Shown here piece by piece: positions 1 through 13,119 of a DNA stretch of 64,000 nucleotides (positions within the stretch are counted from its first letter, which is position 1; each line of letters starts with the position of its first letter). Source of the stretch: Octopus vulgaris (taxonomy: Eukaryota). The position numbers were made by a program, and so were the translations under genes. Location of the stretch: positions 43,400,001-43,464,000 of the forward strand of contig OX597827.1 in the NCBI GenBank assembly GCA_951406725.2, written 5' to 3'. The notes beneath the pieces are model-generated. The model saw only the letters and a list, made by a program, of their open reading frames with translations, ran no database searches and was not told the DNA's origin.

Positions 1-1175
1 CTCTGACAACTATATCTGGTCTGTTGGCCTTAATTTCTCTATCTGTGTGTATCGGCATATCCCAGAGTATGGTTGCTTTCTCGTTTTCTGTGACCTTTTC
101 TGGTGTGTGCCTATACCATCTTTTTTCTGTTGTTATTCCATAATGTTGGCATAGCTTCCAATGTATGTAGGTTCCAACTCTGTCATGTCTGTGAATATAT
201 TCCTTCTTAGCCAAGACTGGGCAGCTAGAGATAATATGATTTATTGTTTCTTGTCCATCTCCACATATTCTGCAGTTACTTGTAATATTTCTTTTCATTA
301 CATGTTTTTGGTAATTTCTGGTGGGGAGGCTTTGGTCTTGTGCTGCAATTAAAAATCCCTCTGTTTCTGCTTTGAGTCCTGAGCTTCTCAACCATTGCTG
401 GGATTTTCCTTTGTCTATTTCTTTTGCGTTTAGTTTAGTCCAATATTTACCATGAAGGGGCTTTTCTTGCCATCGTTTTATCATGGTTCGTTGCTGTTCT
501 ATTTTTAGTTTGGATTTCATTTGTTTTATAGCTTTTGTTGTTTCTTCATCTTCTTCTTCTTCTTCTTCATGTTTATTAGGTGGTATGATTTCTTGTTTGT
601 ATTTGTCAGCTTCCTTAAATACTGAGAACAGTTTTTTGTTTTGCTCGTGTTTTGCCGCTATCTGGATCAGTTTTCCTTCCTTCTGAAGTAGATATTTTTG
701 CAGTCCTATGGTGGTTATTTTATAGTAGTTTTCCAGCTGTATAAGGCCTCTACCACCTTCTATACGTTGTATATATAGTCTTTCTATGTCAGATTGTGGG
801 TGATGCATCCTAGATCCTGTCATTATTTTTCTTGTTTTCCTATCTATTTTGGTCAGTTCATTTCGTGTCCAGTTAAGGATGTTGTAGCTGTAACTTATAA
901 CTGGGACAGCTAAAGTGTTGATACCTATTATCTTGTTTTTAGCATTGAGCTCTGTGTTTAGTATTGATCTAACTCGTCTATAATATTATAATATTCTTTT
1001 CTTTCATTTGTGTGTGTTGTGTCTTATCTAGTTCATGGATTCCTAAGTATTTGTAAGTTTGGCTTTGGTCTAATTCTTTTATTTCATTGGTTTTATCTAG
1101 TGTGATGTTGTTACTCTTAACTAGTTTTCCTCTTTTCAGGGTTACTTTGGCGCATTTTTTGTAATCCAAATTTCA
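1..1175 (-). mobile_element. R4/Dong-clade non-LTR retrotransposon fragment (post-RT region, CCHC knuckle, start of RLE endonuclease); 5'-truncated, runs off the left edge
   Basis: Minus-strand translation gives KCAKVTLKRGK...YKYLGI, LYIQRIEGGRGL, ETEGFLIAAQDQ, CRIC..ETINHIISSC, RHD and ILWDMPIHTDREIKANRPDIVV, with a few frameshifts. It abuts a (TAA)n tract. Confidence 0.9.
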
Positions 1176-1195
1176 TATCTATCTTAATTTCTATC

Positions 1196-1345
<150 letters not shown>

Positions 1346-1356
1346 GTAAGTACAGC

Positions 1357-1510
1357 GAGCTTCTTTCAGTTTCCGTCTACCAAATCCACCCACAAGGCTT
1401 TGGTCGGCACGAGGCTATAGTAGAAGACACTTGCCCAAGGTGCCATGCAGTGGGACTGAACCCGGAACTATGTGGTTGGTAAACAAGTTACTTAGCACAC
1501 AGCCACTCCT
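1357..1510 (-). mobile_element. SINE family A, 5' half (tRNA-like head plus CORE-like segment)
   Basis: The reverse complement has A-box-like TGGCTGTGTGCT, B-box GGTTCAGTCCC and CCTTGGGCAAGTG. It matches 40660-40820. Confidence 0.85.
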
Positions 1511-1514
1511 AAAC

Positions 1515-2135
1515 ACGCGCATACATATGTACTTATGCATATATGTGTGTATATGTATGCATATGTTTATGTACGTGTGTTTGCATATATATATATGTGT
1601 ATATATACATACGCGTTGTACACATATAAGTGTATACATACGCATACCTATAGATGAATATATATGTTATATGTATGTATAGATATGCGTTCAGATAAAT
1701 ATATATACATGCGGATGCATACAATTGCGTGTATATGTATGTATATGTTTATGTACGTGTGTTTGTATATATATATATATATGTGTATATATATATACAT
1801 ACGCGTTGTATACATATAAGTGTATACATACGCATACCTATAGATGAATATATATGTTTTATATGTATGTATAGATATGCTTTTATATGTATAGATATGC
1901 GTACAGATAAATATATATACATGCGGATGCATACAATTGCGTGTATATGTATGTATATGTTTATGTACGTGTGTTTATATATATATATATATATGTGTAT
2001 ATATACATACACATTGTATACATATAAGTGTATACATACGCATACCTATAGATGAATATATATGTTTATATGTATGTATAGATATGCGTACAGATAAATA
2101 TATATATACATGCGGATGCATACAATTGCGTGTAT
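1515..2135. repeat. AT-rich minisatellite, about 3 copies of a ~190-210 bp unit
   Basis: GCGGATGCATACAATTGCGTGTAT recurs at ~1711, ~1923 and ~2112; CGCATACCTATAGATGAAT recurs three times. Confidence 0.9.
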
Positions 2136-2822
2136 GACAAGTATGAATACAGACACACACAAACACACTCGCAAACACATACTCGTACACACACGCGCAC
2201 AAACGCGTGCACAAACTCACACGTCGATACACAGTTTTACCAAATCCACCAAACACCGTTTTGTGTGGCTGTGAACCCACCACAGCCCTATCCTGCGAAC
2301 CTTAACTCGACGACGGAATCTCTTCCTATCATATCCCATTGTCTGACATTTTGCCTCACAGACCTTGGCATTTCTACTGTTTCCGCTAGACGGCGCTTTA
2401 GTAAAAAAAAAGAAAAAAGAAAAGAAAAGCCGTTGACAGGAAGCTGCGATGCCCCTGGGATGGATGTGTTCAATTAGTTGTGCGCGAATCGACGTTAATT
2501 ACCAACCAACCTTTTGTCTAAAATACGGAATGGTGGAATGGTGGAATGGTGGTGGAGGTAGCGATGGTGGCGGTGGTGTAGGTAGGTTGTGGTCGCGGTG
2601 GCAGAGGAGCTAGTGATGGTGGTGATGATGATGGTAATGTTGTTGGTGGTGGTGTAGGTGGTGGTGCTGGTGGTGGTGGTGGTGATGTTGATGGTGGTGG
2701 TGATAGTTGTGTGGCGGCGGCGACGGCGGTGGCTGGGTGATTATTACTATAACGAAGAAGAAAGGAAGCAAGCTAGAAGGATAAGAAATGAAGAAACAAC
2801 ATCAAGAAGAAGACGAAGAAGG

Positions 2823-3445
<623 letters not shown>

Positions 3446-3739
3446 AACTGTGTGGTAATAAAAGCGACTCAAAGTAATTGCATATCACCATCAGCAATAC
3501 GGATTATTGGTCACGACAAACAGTTCTTTGTCTCTCCTCCCTCCCTTCCTTCCTTCCTTCTTTTCTTCTTTCGCTTCTGTCTTTTTTTCTTTTTGTTCTT
3601 CTGTTTTTCTCGTTTTTCTGTTGTCTGTAAATCTCTCTATGTATCTATCTATCTATCTAATTATCTATCCATCTAACTTATCACTTTCTCTCTCTCTCTC
3701 TCTCTCTCTCTAGCCCTCACCCTCTCTCCCTCTTTCTCT

Positions 3740-3772
<33 letters not shown>

Positions 3773-4154
3773 GTTCAACGTATTTTCGTTCATACACCCA
3801 TGCACATATATACACTCAGTCAACCTAGCGTTGAATAAAAATGTTGAATGCAACTTTCGTTGATTCACCCACTAATCTATTCACCCACAAATCATGTATG
3901 TATGTATCTATGTATGCATGTTTGTGTATGTATGTATGCATGTAGATATGCATGTATGTGTGTATGTATGTGTGTACGCATATGTATGTATGTATGCACG
4001 CATGCATTTATGTATGTATGTCTCTGTGTATACATTTATGTACGTATGAGTGTACGTATGTACGTATGTATGTGTATACCTCCCTCTCTCCTCCAACTCT
4101 CTGTCTTTCTGCCTCTTTTGCCCCCTCTCTCCTCATCTGTCCCTCTCTCTCACT

Positions 4155-4398
<244 letters not shown>

Positions 4399-4643
4399 GT
4401 AATTTCTTTCGGAATTTGATCTCTTGGTACACATAAAGCTATAAGTAACAGCGTATAAATATTGGGTTGAAAAGGCATTTTCGATGAAAAAATGTCCAAG
4501 AATTTCAACCCAATAATTATATGCTATTATCTATAGCTTTATCCAGCTTCAAAACAGAATTATTCCACGTTTCCTTGAATATTTATAAAATCTTATGACG
4601 TCAACAACATACATATGAGCGTGTGTGTGTGTGTGTGTGTGTG

Positions 4644-4710
<67 letters not shown>

Positions 4711-4928
4711 TGTGTTTGTGTGTGTGTGTGACTTTCCGTGTGTGTGTGTCTGGCTCATAATTCTGGTTTCCCGAATTCTGTGGCGTATAATTTCCCCCCG
4801 TTGACGGGACGCCAGTCAGGCTCCGGTCGTTGCAGCGTTGCTAATTTTTACTTTGTGTTTTGGCTGCTACCACTTGACGACCTGTGTTGGTTTGTCTACA
4901 TCCCTGTAATTTAGCGGTTCCTTAAAAC

Positions 4929-5155
4929 GAGCTGGCAGAATCGTTAGCATGCCGGGTGAAATGCTTAGCGGTATTTCGTCTGCCGCTACGTTCTGAGTTC
5001 AAATTTCGCCGAGGTCGACTTTGCCTTTCATCCTTTCGGGGTCGATTAAATAAATACCAGTTACGCACTGGGGTCGATATAATCGACTTAATCCGTTTGT
5101 CTGTCCTTGTTTGTCCTCTCTGTGTTTAGCCCCTTGTGGGTAGTAAAGAAATAGG
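4929..5155 (+). mobile_element. SINE family B (tRNA-derived, Meta-domain-like body), inserted inside a decayed SINE A 3' half (4860-5350)
   Basis: GAGCTGGCAGAATCGTTAGC A-box, GAGTTCAAATT B-box and GCCTTTCATCCTTTCGGGGTCGAT body. The SINE A motifs TTAGCGGTTC and CCAGCATGGCCGC flank it. Confidence 0.85.
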
Positions 5156-5195
5156 TTCCTTAAAATATACCGATTGAATACCTATCAGACTAAAA

Positions 5196-5230
<35 letters not shown>

Positions 5231-5889
5231 AAACAAAAAATCCGGACAACATAAATAATGATTTTGATTTGATCGAATAAACTCTTCAATGCGTGCTGCC
5301 CCAGCATGGCCGCCACAGTCTATTGATTGAAAGCGATAAAAGAATAAAAGAACAAAAGAACGCAAAGCAATGCAAAAATGGTAAACTTTTACAGAAATGT
5401 ATAAAATTACTCTCAGCGATGGGGAATTTTTAAAATGTAGTCTTTTTTTTTTTTTGTTTGCTCTCGTTTCTGGCGATGTCTGAGATTAGTCTTCAACTTC
5501 TCTTGGAAACTCGACTTTTAACTAAAGAAATGTGTCAACAGTATCATGAGATTTCGCATTCTAAATTTCCTCACGTTCAACGTTGACTGTCTTTGTTGGT
5601 TGATTGACTCTCTCAAATACGATCAGATCGATTTCATTATAATGACATGGTCAGATATAAGATTAGTAAAGAAATCTTGGATTTGTAAGATATACAATAT
5701 TTGATGTGCGGTATCTCTCCCGTGTTGACATCGATCGCATTAAATGATCTGTTATTTCTCCCAATGTTGTTACCTACAACGCTCATTTATTGCCAAACGC
5801 CGCAGAGTGCCCACTGTCCATTGTACCTCTGCGTTCCTACCTTGTATCCGCCTTACCCCAAATGACCTTCTAAAATGCCATAACTTACC

Positions 5890-6039
5890 TATTTCTTTAC
5901 TACCCACAAGGGGCCAAACACAGAGGGGACAAACAAGGACAGACACACGGATTAAGTCAATTATATCGACCCCAGTGCGTAACTGGTACTTAATTTTATC
6001 GACCCCGAAAGGATGAAAGGCAAAGTCGACCTCGGCGGA
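5890..6039 (-). mobile_element. 5'-truncated SINE B with a 10-bp target-site duplication
   Basis: ATAACTTACC at 5880-5889 and 6040-6049. Confidence 0.85.
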
Positions 6040-6143
6040 ATAACTTACCATCGCAACAGATTACCATTCCAACGGACCATTTAAGAGATGAGGAATTATG
6101 TACATTATTTACATTCGACAGATATTTGTCCTTGTTTGTTGTT

Positions 6144-6189
6144 AACATAGCGTTTCGGCCGATATACCCTCCAGCCTTCATCAGGTGTC
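6144..6189 (-). ncRNA. Minimal type I hammerhead-ribozyme-like motif in a Penelope-like terminal fragment (~6085-6207)
   Basis: Reverse complement: GACAC-CTGATGA-A-GGCTGG aggg tata TCGGCC-GAAAC-GCT-ATGTT. Core boxes and stem II are intact; the cleavage triplet looks mutated. Confidence 0.7.
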
Positions 6190-6209
6190 TTGGGGAAATT
6201 TTGAACCGT

Positions 6210-6292
6210 TGGCATATGGCGTAGTGGTTAAGAGCGCGGGCTACTACCCCCAAGATTCCGAGTTCGATTCCAAGCAGTGACCTGAACACTAA
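6210..6292 (+). mobile_element. tRNA-like SINE head or tRNA pseudogene
   Basis: TGGCGTAGTGG A-box and GAGTTCGATTCC B-box, with no complete acceptor stem; followed by (TAA)n. Confidence 0.65.
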
Positions 6293-6295
6293 TAG

Positions 6296-6339
<44 letters not shown>

Positions 6340-6364
6340 GTAATAATAATAATAATAATAATAA

Positions 6365-6845
6365 TGCAGTACCAGGCAGTGGCTCTCAAGGCTTCTGATC
6401 TTAACTGATTGGAAGTGTTATCTTGTACATTATTTTGTCTTAGTATAAAAGATGGGCTACAGCAAATATTCTGCTCAATACCTCAGATTTGCTTGTCAGT
6501 TGTTTGACCTTTACCAGTTGATCATGTCCCGTAGTGGCTAACGATATGTGCATCTCTGATCACGAGCAGAAGTAGTGGGGGAGCATCATAGCCATGTGTT
6601 GAAAGGAATTCTTAGAGTTTTGGATAATTCACCTCTGGAAACATGGGTGGTTCGTGCAACAGCCTTAAACAATCTTTATTCAGAGACCTTTTGAGCGGGA
6701 TGGGTTACTCGACCAGAAGAAAATTCTAACTGGGCCCCACCTGCAAGGTCATGCGCTGTTTATCTTAATATGCGCTCACCATGTCGCGCATAGATGGTTG
6801 TGATGCATGTGCCTGGTGTACCCTTATCAGACGGGTAGTCATGAT
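6365..6845. mobile_element. Non-coding interspersed repeat that sits in (TAA)n tracts (copy 1)
   Basis: Collinear with 16097-16625 and 52405-52592. Confidence 0.85.
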
Positions 6846-6867
6846 CCCGGGTTCATGAGGTGGGAAT

Positions 6868-7036
6868 GAGTCGATTACATAGACCCCAGTACTCAACTGG
6901 TACTTAACTTATCGAACCCGATAGGATGAAAGGTAAAGTCGACCTCGGCGGAATTTGAACTCAGAAGGTAGCGACGGGCGAAATACCACTATGTAATTTG
7001 CCTGGCGTGCTAATGATTCTGCCATCTCACCACCTT
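6868..7036 (-). mobile_element. SINE B
   Basis: GGATGAAAGGTAAAGTCGACCTCGGCGGAATTTGAACTCAG. Confidence 0.85.
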
Positions 7037-7037
7037 C

Positions 7038-7089
<52 letters not shown>

Positions 7090-7120
7090 CAACAACAACA
7101 ATACAATAACAACAATAATG

Positions 7121-7187
<67 letters not shown>

Positions 7188-7194
7188 ACAATAG

Positions 7195-7590
7195 GAATAT
7201 ACAAGACGTTAAGGATAATACAGCATCGTGGGCATGACTTGAGCGAGGTGATTTGAAGCGTACCACCAAAAGCCTGATCATTGCTGCACAAGATCAGGCT
7301 CTCGATACAAATTCAGTGAAGTGTGGAAAGAGTGTGGAAAATGTGTGTGGAAAAAGGGTGTGGAAAATGTGACCCACTGGGTAAGTGGATGTGAGAGCCC
7401 TGCACAAAAAGAACACAAACGCCGCCACGATAAAGTTTGTGTGTATCTTCATTGGCTCTTAAATCAATATGAAGTAACAGAGAACTGGTATAAGCATGTA
7501 CCAAGTAAAGTTACGCAGGCAGATGGAAAAGTAACGATACTCTAGGACTATGATTTCAAGACGGATCGTGTAATCGAACACAACCGGCTG
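7195..7590 (+). mobile_element. Decayed R4/Dong fragment (CCHC to RLE start)
   Basis: LIIAAQDQAL, VSGC..QKEHKRRHDKV..YLHW and TIL*DYDFKTDRVIEHNR; follows a (TAA)n tract. Confidence 0.85.
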
Positions 7591-8346
7591 CAGACCACCA
7601 AACAGACACTATGAACTTCTATTGGGTGCATCTTTGGCTTCGGGAAGTACCGTGGAGCTTCGTCGGCGTCCAACCACTGAGCTGAGCGTCGCCGGTTGTC
7701 GCAAAGAATCCACTTTTCATCGCAAGTCACAATCTGGTCAAGAAAAAGGTCGTTTGTTGTTGCGTAAAAGAAGGGAAGACAACACTTCAAAACGGCGTTT
7801 TTTTGGGGGGTTGTCGTTCAATTCGTGCGTATCCGATTTCTCAAGTATATATGCTTTTCCAATCTCTTTCAAGTGGTTAGAAATTGTCGTATACGTTACC
7901 TCTAATTCAGAAGCAAGCTCTCGAATAGTTGTGCGTGGACTGGCTTCGACTAAGGCTCTTAGTTGGTCGTTGTCAACATCTGATGGCCGACCACTACGCT
8001 TATCATCTTCAAGACTTTCTTGAACCACCATTGTGCTGTAAGTTCATTAGTAGTTCCTGGGCCAAATGCATCGTTGATATCGCGAACTGTTTCAGTAGCT
8101 TTTCGGCCTAGCTTGAACTGGTTAAGAAAATTGTGCGAATTTGTTTTTTGTCCATGTTGTATTCAACGTTCCGGAAAAAAATGGCCTAATTATTCAAAAA
8201 GTAAAAGAGTATCACGATTAGATAGAGCGATAAACGGGCTTTAAAATGATGTATAAAGTCAAACTAATTTAATGAAAATTAATTTGAAAATGCATAATTT
8301 AAAATCAAAATGAAAAATGCCGCAAGAACTTTCTTGACACCTTAAT
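7590..8346 (-). mobile_element. Mariner transposon (Hsmar1/SETMAR-like transposase), 5' part, frameshifted
   Basis: MDKKQIRTIF..FKLGRKATET, LEDDKRSGRPS, IVTCDEKWILCDN and PKPKMHP. TIR-like TATTAAGGTGTCAAGAAAGTTCTTGCGGCATTT lies at 8315-8347. Confidence 0.9.
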
Positions 8347-8368
8347 ATAAAAATAGTTTCTGAATATT

Positions 8369-8763
8369 CGTTTCTACTCTAGGCACAAGGCCCGAAATTT
8401 TGGAGGAGGGGGTCAGTCGATTAGATTGACCCCAGTACGCAACTGGTACTTAATTTATCGACCACGGAAGGATGAAAGGCAAAGTCGGCCTCGGCGGAAT
8501 TTGAACTCAGAACATAAGGACAGATGAAATACCTATTTCTTTACTACCCACAAGGGGCTAAACACAGAGAGGTCAAAGGACAGACAAACGGATTATGTCG
8601 ATTATATCGACCCCAGTGCGTAACTGGTACTTATTGAATCGACCCCGAAAGGATGAAAGGAAAAGTCGACCTCAGCGGAATTTGAACTCAGAACGTAGCG
8701 GCAGATGAAATACTGCTAAGCATTTCGCCCAGCGTGCTAACGTTTCTGCCAGCTCACCGTCTT
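8369..8763 (-). mobile_element. Dimeric SINE B with target-site duplication
   Basis: One head and two bodies; TAGTTTCT(G/A)AATATT at 8354-8368 and 8766-8780. Confidence 0.85.
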
Positions 8764-9184
8764 ACTAGTTTCTAAATATTGAATATCCATGGGAGTCCAT
8801 CAGAGTAAGACAGCCATGAACAGTGTCCATATGTAAAGACGGTTCAGGACCATTGACATGTACGAGTATTTTGTTGCTTCGTCAAGCGGCCGCATGTTCC
8901 TACGCAGGAAGCTAAAAGCCATACGACAGCATGTCCAATATGCGGATATATTTTGCTGTCGTTTGCTCAATCAGAGAAAGACAATTGAAGACGGAAAGAA
9001 AATGACTTATCGATCACTTGGCGAAGAAACGACGAGTAAACATGAAACAAGCATGAAATTTTCAATGGGTTTATGTGTTGTGGGCGAAAGAAAGATCTTC
9101 GCAACAAAATCTGAAAACACGAAACTGATAATAAATAAATAAATAAAATAAAATATCTTTTCTTGCAACATTATATATGCATAT

Positions 9185-9257
<73 letters not shown>

Positions 9258-9272
9258 CACACACATATATAC

Positions 9273-9325
<53 letters not shown>

Positions 9326-9419
9326 CACATATATCCCCATCCTCTCCTCTCCCCCTTCTCCTCCCCCTCTTCTTCCCCTCCCCTTCTCTCCCCCCTCTTC
9401 TCCCCCTCCCCCTCTTCTC

Positions 9420-10105
9420 CTCACTACACACACATGACTTTACACATCACATCACATATGATGTGCCATACTAATACACACACCAACTAATACCTACTAA
9501 TACGTACTAATACATACTAGTACATACTAATACTTACACCAACCCTATACATACACACGTCCAGACCCCGCATACGCACTTATACTCTCTCACACACACA
9601 CACCTATACATACCAATACGTACTAATACATACTAATACATACTAATACATACACCAACCCCATACATACGCACGTCCAGACCAATCTTACGCACTAATA
9701 CTCTCGCATACACACACACACACACACACACACCTTATACATACTAATACATACACCAACCCTATACATACACACATCCAGACCCCTCCCACGCACTTTT
9801 AGCTGGTCCCTCAACCCTTTTATCAACCCTATTATCTCCCCTTATTTCGCTCTCGCGTCTCATGTTTGATCTTTGACCTCTGGCCGAAATCAGATCGCCA
9901 TGTTGATTCGTTAGCTACTGCACGCATTTTTTTCTCTCCTTCTTTCTGTGTTTTTCTCTCTCTGTGTATCTTTCTGTTGAAGAGCGTAGGCTCGAAACGT
10001 TAAAGACTTGTTTTATTTATATTTCCTGAGCGCCATACTAATACAATTGTTCGTTTGTTTTCCACCTGCCTTCGTCTTTTGTTTATTTTCATAAAGCTTC
10101 CCGTT
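9420..10105 (+). mobile_element. Penelope-like element 3'/terminal region ending at (TA)n
   Basis: CA-rich subrepeats, then a hammerhead-like motif, then a tail (CCACCTGCCTTCGTCTTTTGTTTATTTTC) shared with 44620-44700 and loosely with 19060-19250. The PLE assignment is inferred from the ribozyme motif. Confidence 0.6.
9969..10006 (+). ncRNA. Minimal hammerhead-like motif, CUGUUGA core variant
   Basis: TCTTT-CTGTTGA-A-GAGC gtag GCTC-GAAAC-GTT-AAAGA. Stems I and II are perfect and stem III is the palindrome AACGTT. Confidence 0.7.
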
Positions 10106-10153
10106 ATATATATATATATATATACATACATATACACACACATACACACACAC

Positions 10154-10188
<35 letters not shown>

Positions 10189-10203
10189 GGTAGATAGATA
10201 GAT

Positions 10204-10806
10204 AAGTTTCTTTATTGGCCACACAGGGCTGCACACAGATGGGACAAGTTACAAGGTAGAGCTTTTCTTTTGGGGGATGAAGAGAACAAAAAATAAAAGA
10301 AAAAAAAGGGGGTGGCGTAGGTTTTCGATCAAGAGGGATCGTAAAAGGGAAGAAAAGAACAAAAACAAAAAAAAATTGAATAAAATAAAAAGAATAAAAA
10401 GAAAAAAAAAGAAAAGGAAAAGGAACAAAAGGAAGGAGAAATGAAAAAAGAAGAAAAAAGGGGAAAAAAAGGGGAAGAGGAAAAAAAAGAACGATCAATA
10501 GGGATCGTGTATCAGTGTTATGATATATGGTGTAAAGGGGAAAGCAAGTAAGGTTTATCCGTGGGAAGAAAAGCCTACGAAAAAGACCACGGTAACCTTG
10601 GTCAATATTGTTCTATGTTACCACATTTGTTTGCAAGTGGGTAACCCTCTGTTTTCAATTTCTGGGTTCATAGGATTATGCTCAAGGTGGCTTCGTCATT
10701 CATACGTGCCATCCTTGCTACATTCACCCATCTTTTTTTAAAACATTCGCTAGACAAAACTTGCCTCTCTACTCTCACTTTCCTTTTCAAGTGGTACTTG
10801 AAGAAG
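10204..10806 (-). mobile_element. Tx1/L1-type LINE 3' end inserted in (GATA)n
   Basis: ORF end FFKYHLKRKVRVERQVLSSECFKKRWVNVARM, T-rich 3' UTR and AATAAA just before (ATCT)n. GATA repeats flank both sides. Confidence 0.7.
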
Positions 10807-11122
10807 TTAGATAGATAGATAGATAGATTGATAGATGGGTGAAAATATGCATATATGTATGTACGCATATAAACCTATATACTTGTGCGTGCATGCATGT
10901 GTGTGTGTGAGTGTATATATATATATATATATATATATACAACATTCATACGAACGCATATACACACGTTGTATTGCTGTAAAATTTTGCTTATTATATA
11001 TAACACACAAACTGCCATATTCATCCTCACATCTGTATGTAAGCATATGCTGTGTAATATGTGTGCCATATAAACACACACATACACGCATGCGTAAACA
11101 TACATATACACACAGATATATG

Positions 11123-11158
<36 letters not shown>

Positions 11159-11439
11159 CAAATGTATATATATGGATATATATGTATATGTATATATCAT
11201 CTATATTTGTATATTTGTTTACTTATATACATTTGTATATATGTATGTATATACGTAGTGTGGTGTGTGTATGTTGTTGGCGGGTGTATAATGTTACGTT
11301 AAAGAAGAGCATATCAGCAACATGAGGATGTTTCTTAGGAGGATTATCTTAATCTCTTCTGACTCAAGAAGATCAGGAGGTCTTAGATTCTCGCTCGATA
11401 CGATAAAATAACGTCTTCTATTTTGCAGAAATGTCACCA

Positions 11440-11534
11440 ACGCCCAACACTACCACCGCCGCCACCGCCGCCACCGCCAACGCCACCGCTGACGCCACCA
11501 CTACGACTGCCACCGCTACTGCAGCTGCTGCTGA

Positions 11535-11614
<80 letters not shown>

Positions 11615-11716
11615 ACCTCACACTCCAACTGCTACTATCACCACCACCTACCCCACCACTTACCACCACTATCACCACCACAACAACCACCGAACCACCA
11701 CCTCCACTACTACCAT

Positions 11717-11751
<35 letters not shown>

Positions 11752-12480
11752 TTACTACTACTACAACTACTACTACTATCATCCAGTTATTATCAGCACC
11801 ACAAGTGTCAACATCGACCAAACTAGTATTTTGCCTACCACTACAACCACTCTCATAACGACTGCAACATCACCACCACCACCACCACAACCACTACTAT
11901 AACTACCACCGACACTGTAACCTCTATCACCATAACGACCAATATCACTCCTGATCCCACCACTACCATTATAATGCCTATCAACTATCGCTGTTTCAAT
12001 AACCCCACCACCACCACCACCACTATCACCACAACCTCACCACAATCACTATTACACCACCACTATTACTATACTGTTACTAAGAGCATCACCACCATCA
12101 TCGCTAATATCACTACCAACGCCGCCAACACCACCGCCACCGCCGCCACCGTCGCCACCGTTGCCGCCAACACCACCATCGTCGTCGCCACCGTCACTGC
12201 CAACACCACCATTGCCGTCTCCACCAACACCACGACCACCACTACCGCCGTCGGCGCCAACAACACAAATACCACCACCGCCACCGTTGCCAATACCACA
12301 ACCACCACCGCTGCCAACACCACAACCACCACCATCGCCGTCGCCGCCAACACCACAACCACCACCGCCGCCGCCGACATCACAACTACCACCGCCGCCA
12401 CCGCCACCAACACTACAACCACCACCGCCGCCGCCGCTGTCGCCGCCAACACCACAGCCACTGCCGTCGTCGTCTCCATT
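11440..12480. repeat. Cryptic (ACC/GCC/ACT)n trinucleotide low-complexity tract
   Basis: Direct reading. Confidence 0.9.
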
Positions 12481-12701
12481 AGAAAGGAGCAACAACAGCC
12501 ACAAGGACAGCGAGCCAACGAGAGAACCTCCATGCTGTGGAGGTAAAGAAGTTCACTTTGCGGTCACGTGGTTTCGATTTCAGTCCTACTGCGCACCACC
12601 ATGGGCCAAGTATTTTCTGCAACAGTCTCGGGTAGACCAATGCCTTGTGCGTGAGTTTGGTGGAGGGAAACTGTGTGGAAGACTTGTATGTATGCATGTA
12701 T

Positions 12702-13093
12702 GTATGGACGTTATCAAAGAAGCTTGAGAGGCGGTTGGATGGAACCTACACTCGCCTCCTTATGAGAGCTCAAAATCTCTCGTGGAAGCGCCATCCAACC
12801 AAAATGCAAATATATGGGAAATTACCACCTGTGTCATCTCTTGTGAAAGGTAGGAGAGTCCAGTTTGCTGGACATTGTTGTAGAGCTGAAAAAGAAGTAA
12901 TTTCTACTCTTCTCCTCTGGAAGCCATCTACTCGCAATACCAGAGGGCGCACACTCTCCTACCCTGATGTAATCTCCAGGGATACAGGCATCCAGCAACA
13001 GGACCTCCGTAATGCTATGATGGACCGTGAAGTCTGGCGTAACATAGTAAATTCCATTGTCTCGACCACGGTCGAACAATGATGATGATGATG
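12702..13093 (+). mobile_element. RTE-superfamily LINE 3' end (intact C-terminal reading frame) with (TGA)n tail and target-site duplication
   Basis: WTLSKKLERRLDGTYTRLLMRAQNLSW...RRVQFAGHCCR...MMDREVWR; ATGTATGCATGTAT at 12688-12701 and 13094-13107. Confidence 0.9.
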
Positions 13094-13119
13094 ATGTATG
13101 CATGTATATGAAAATATAC

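Noticed and set aside
6210-6292. Functional tRNA gene
   Set aside because: A and B boxes are present, but I could not pair an acceptor stem and there is no oligo-T terminator.
11431-12727. Mucin-like Thr/Ala-rich and Pro-rich ORFs
   Set aside because: They are open on several frames and both strands because of triplet low complexity, with no supporting gene structure.
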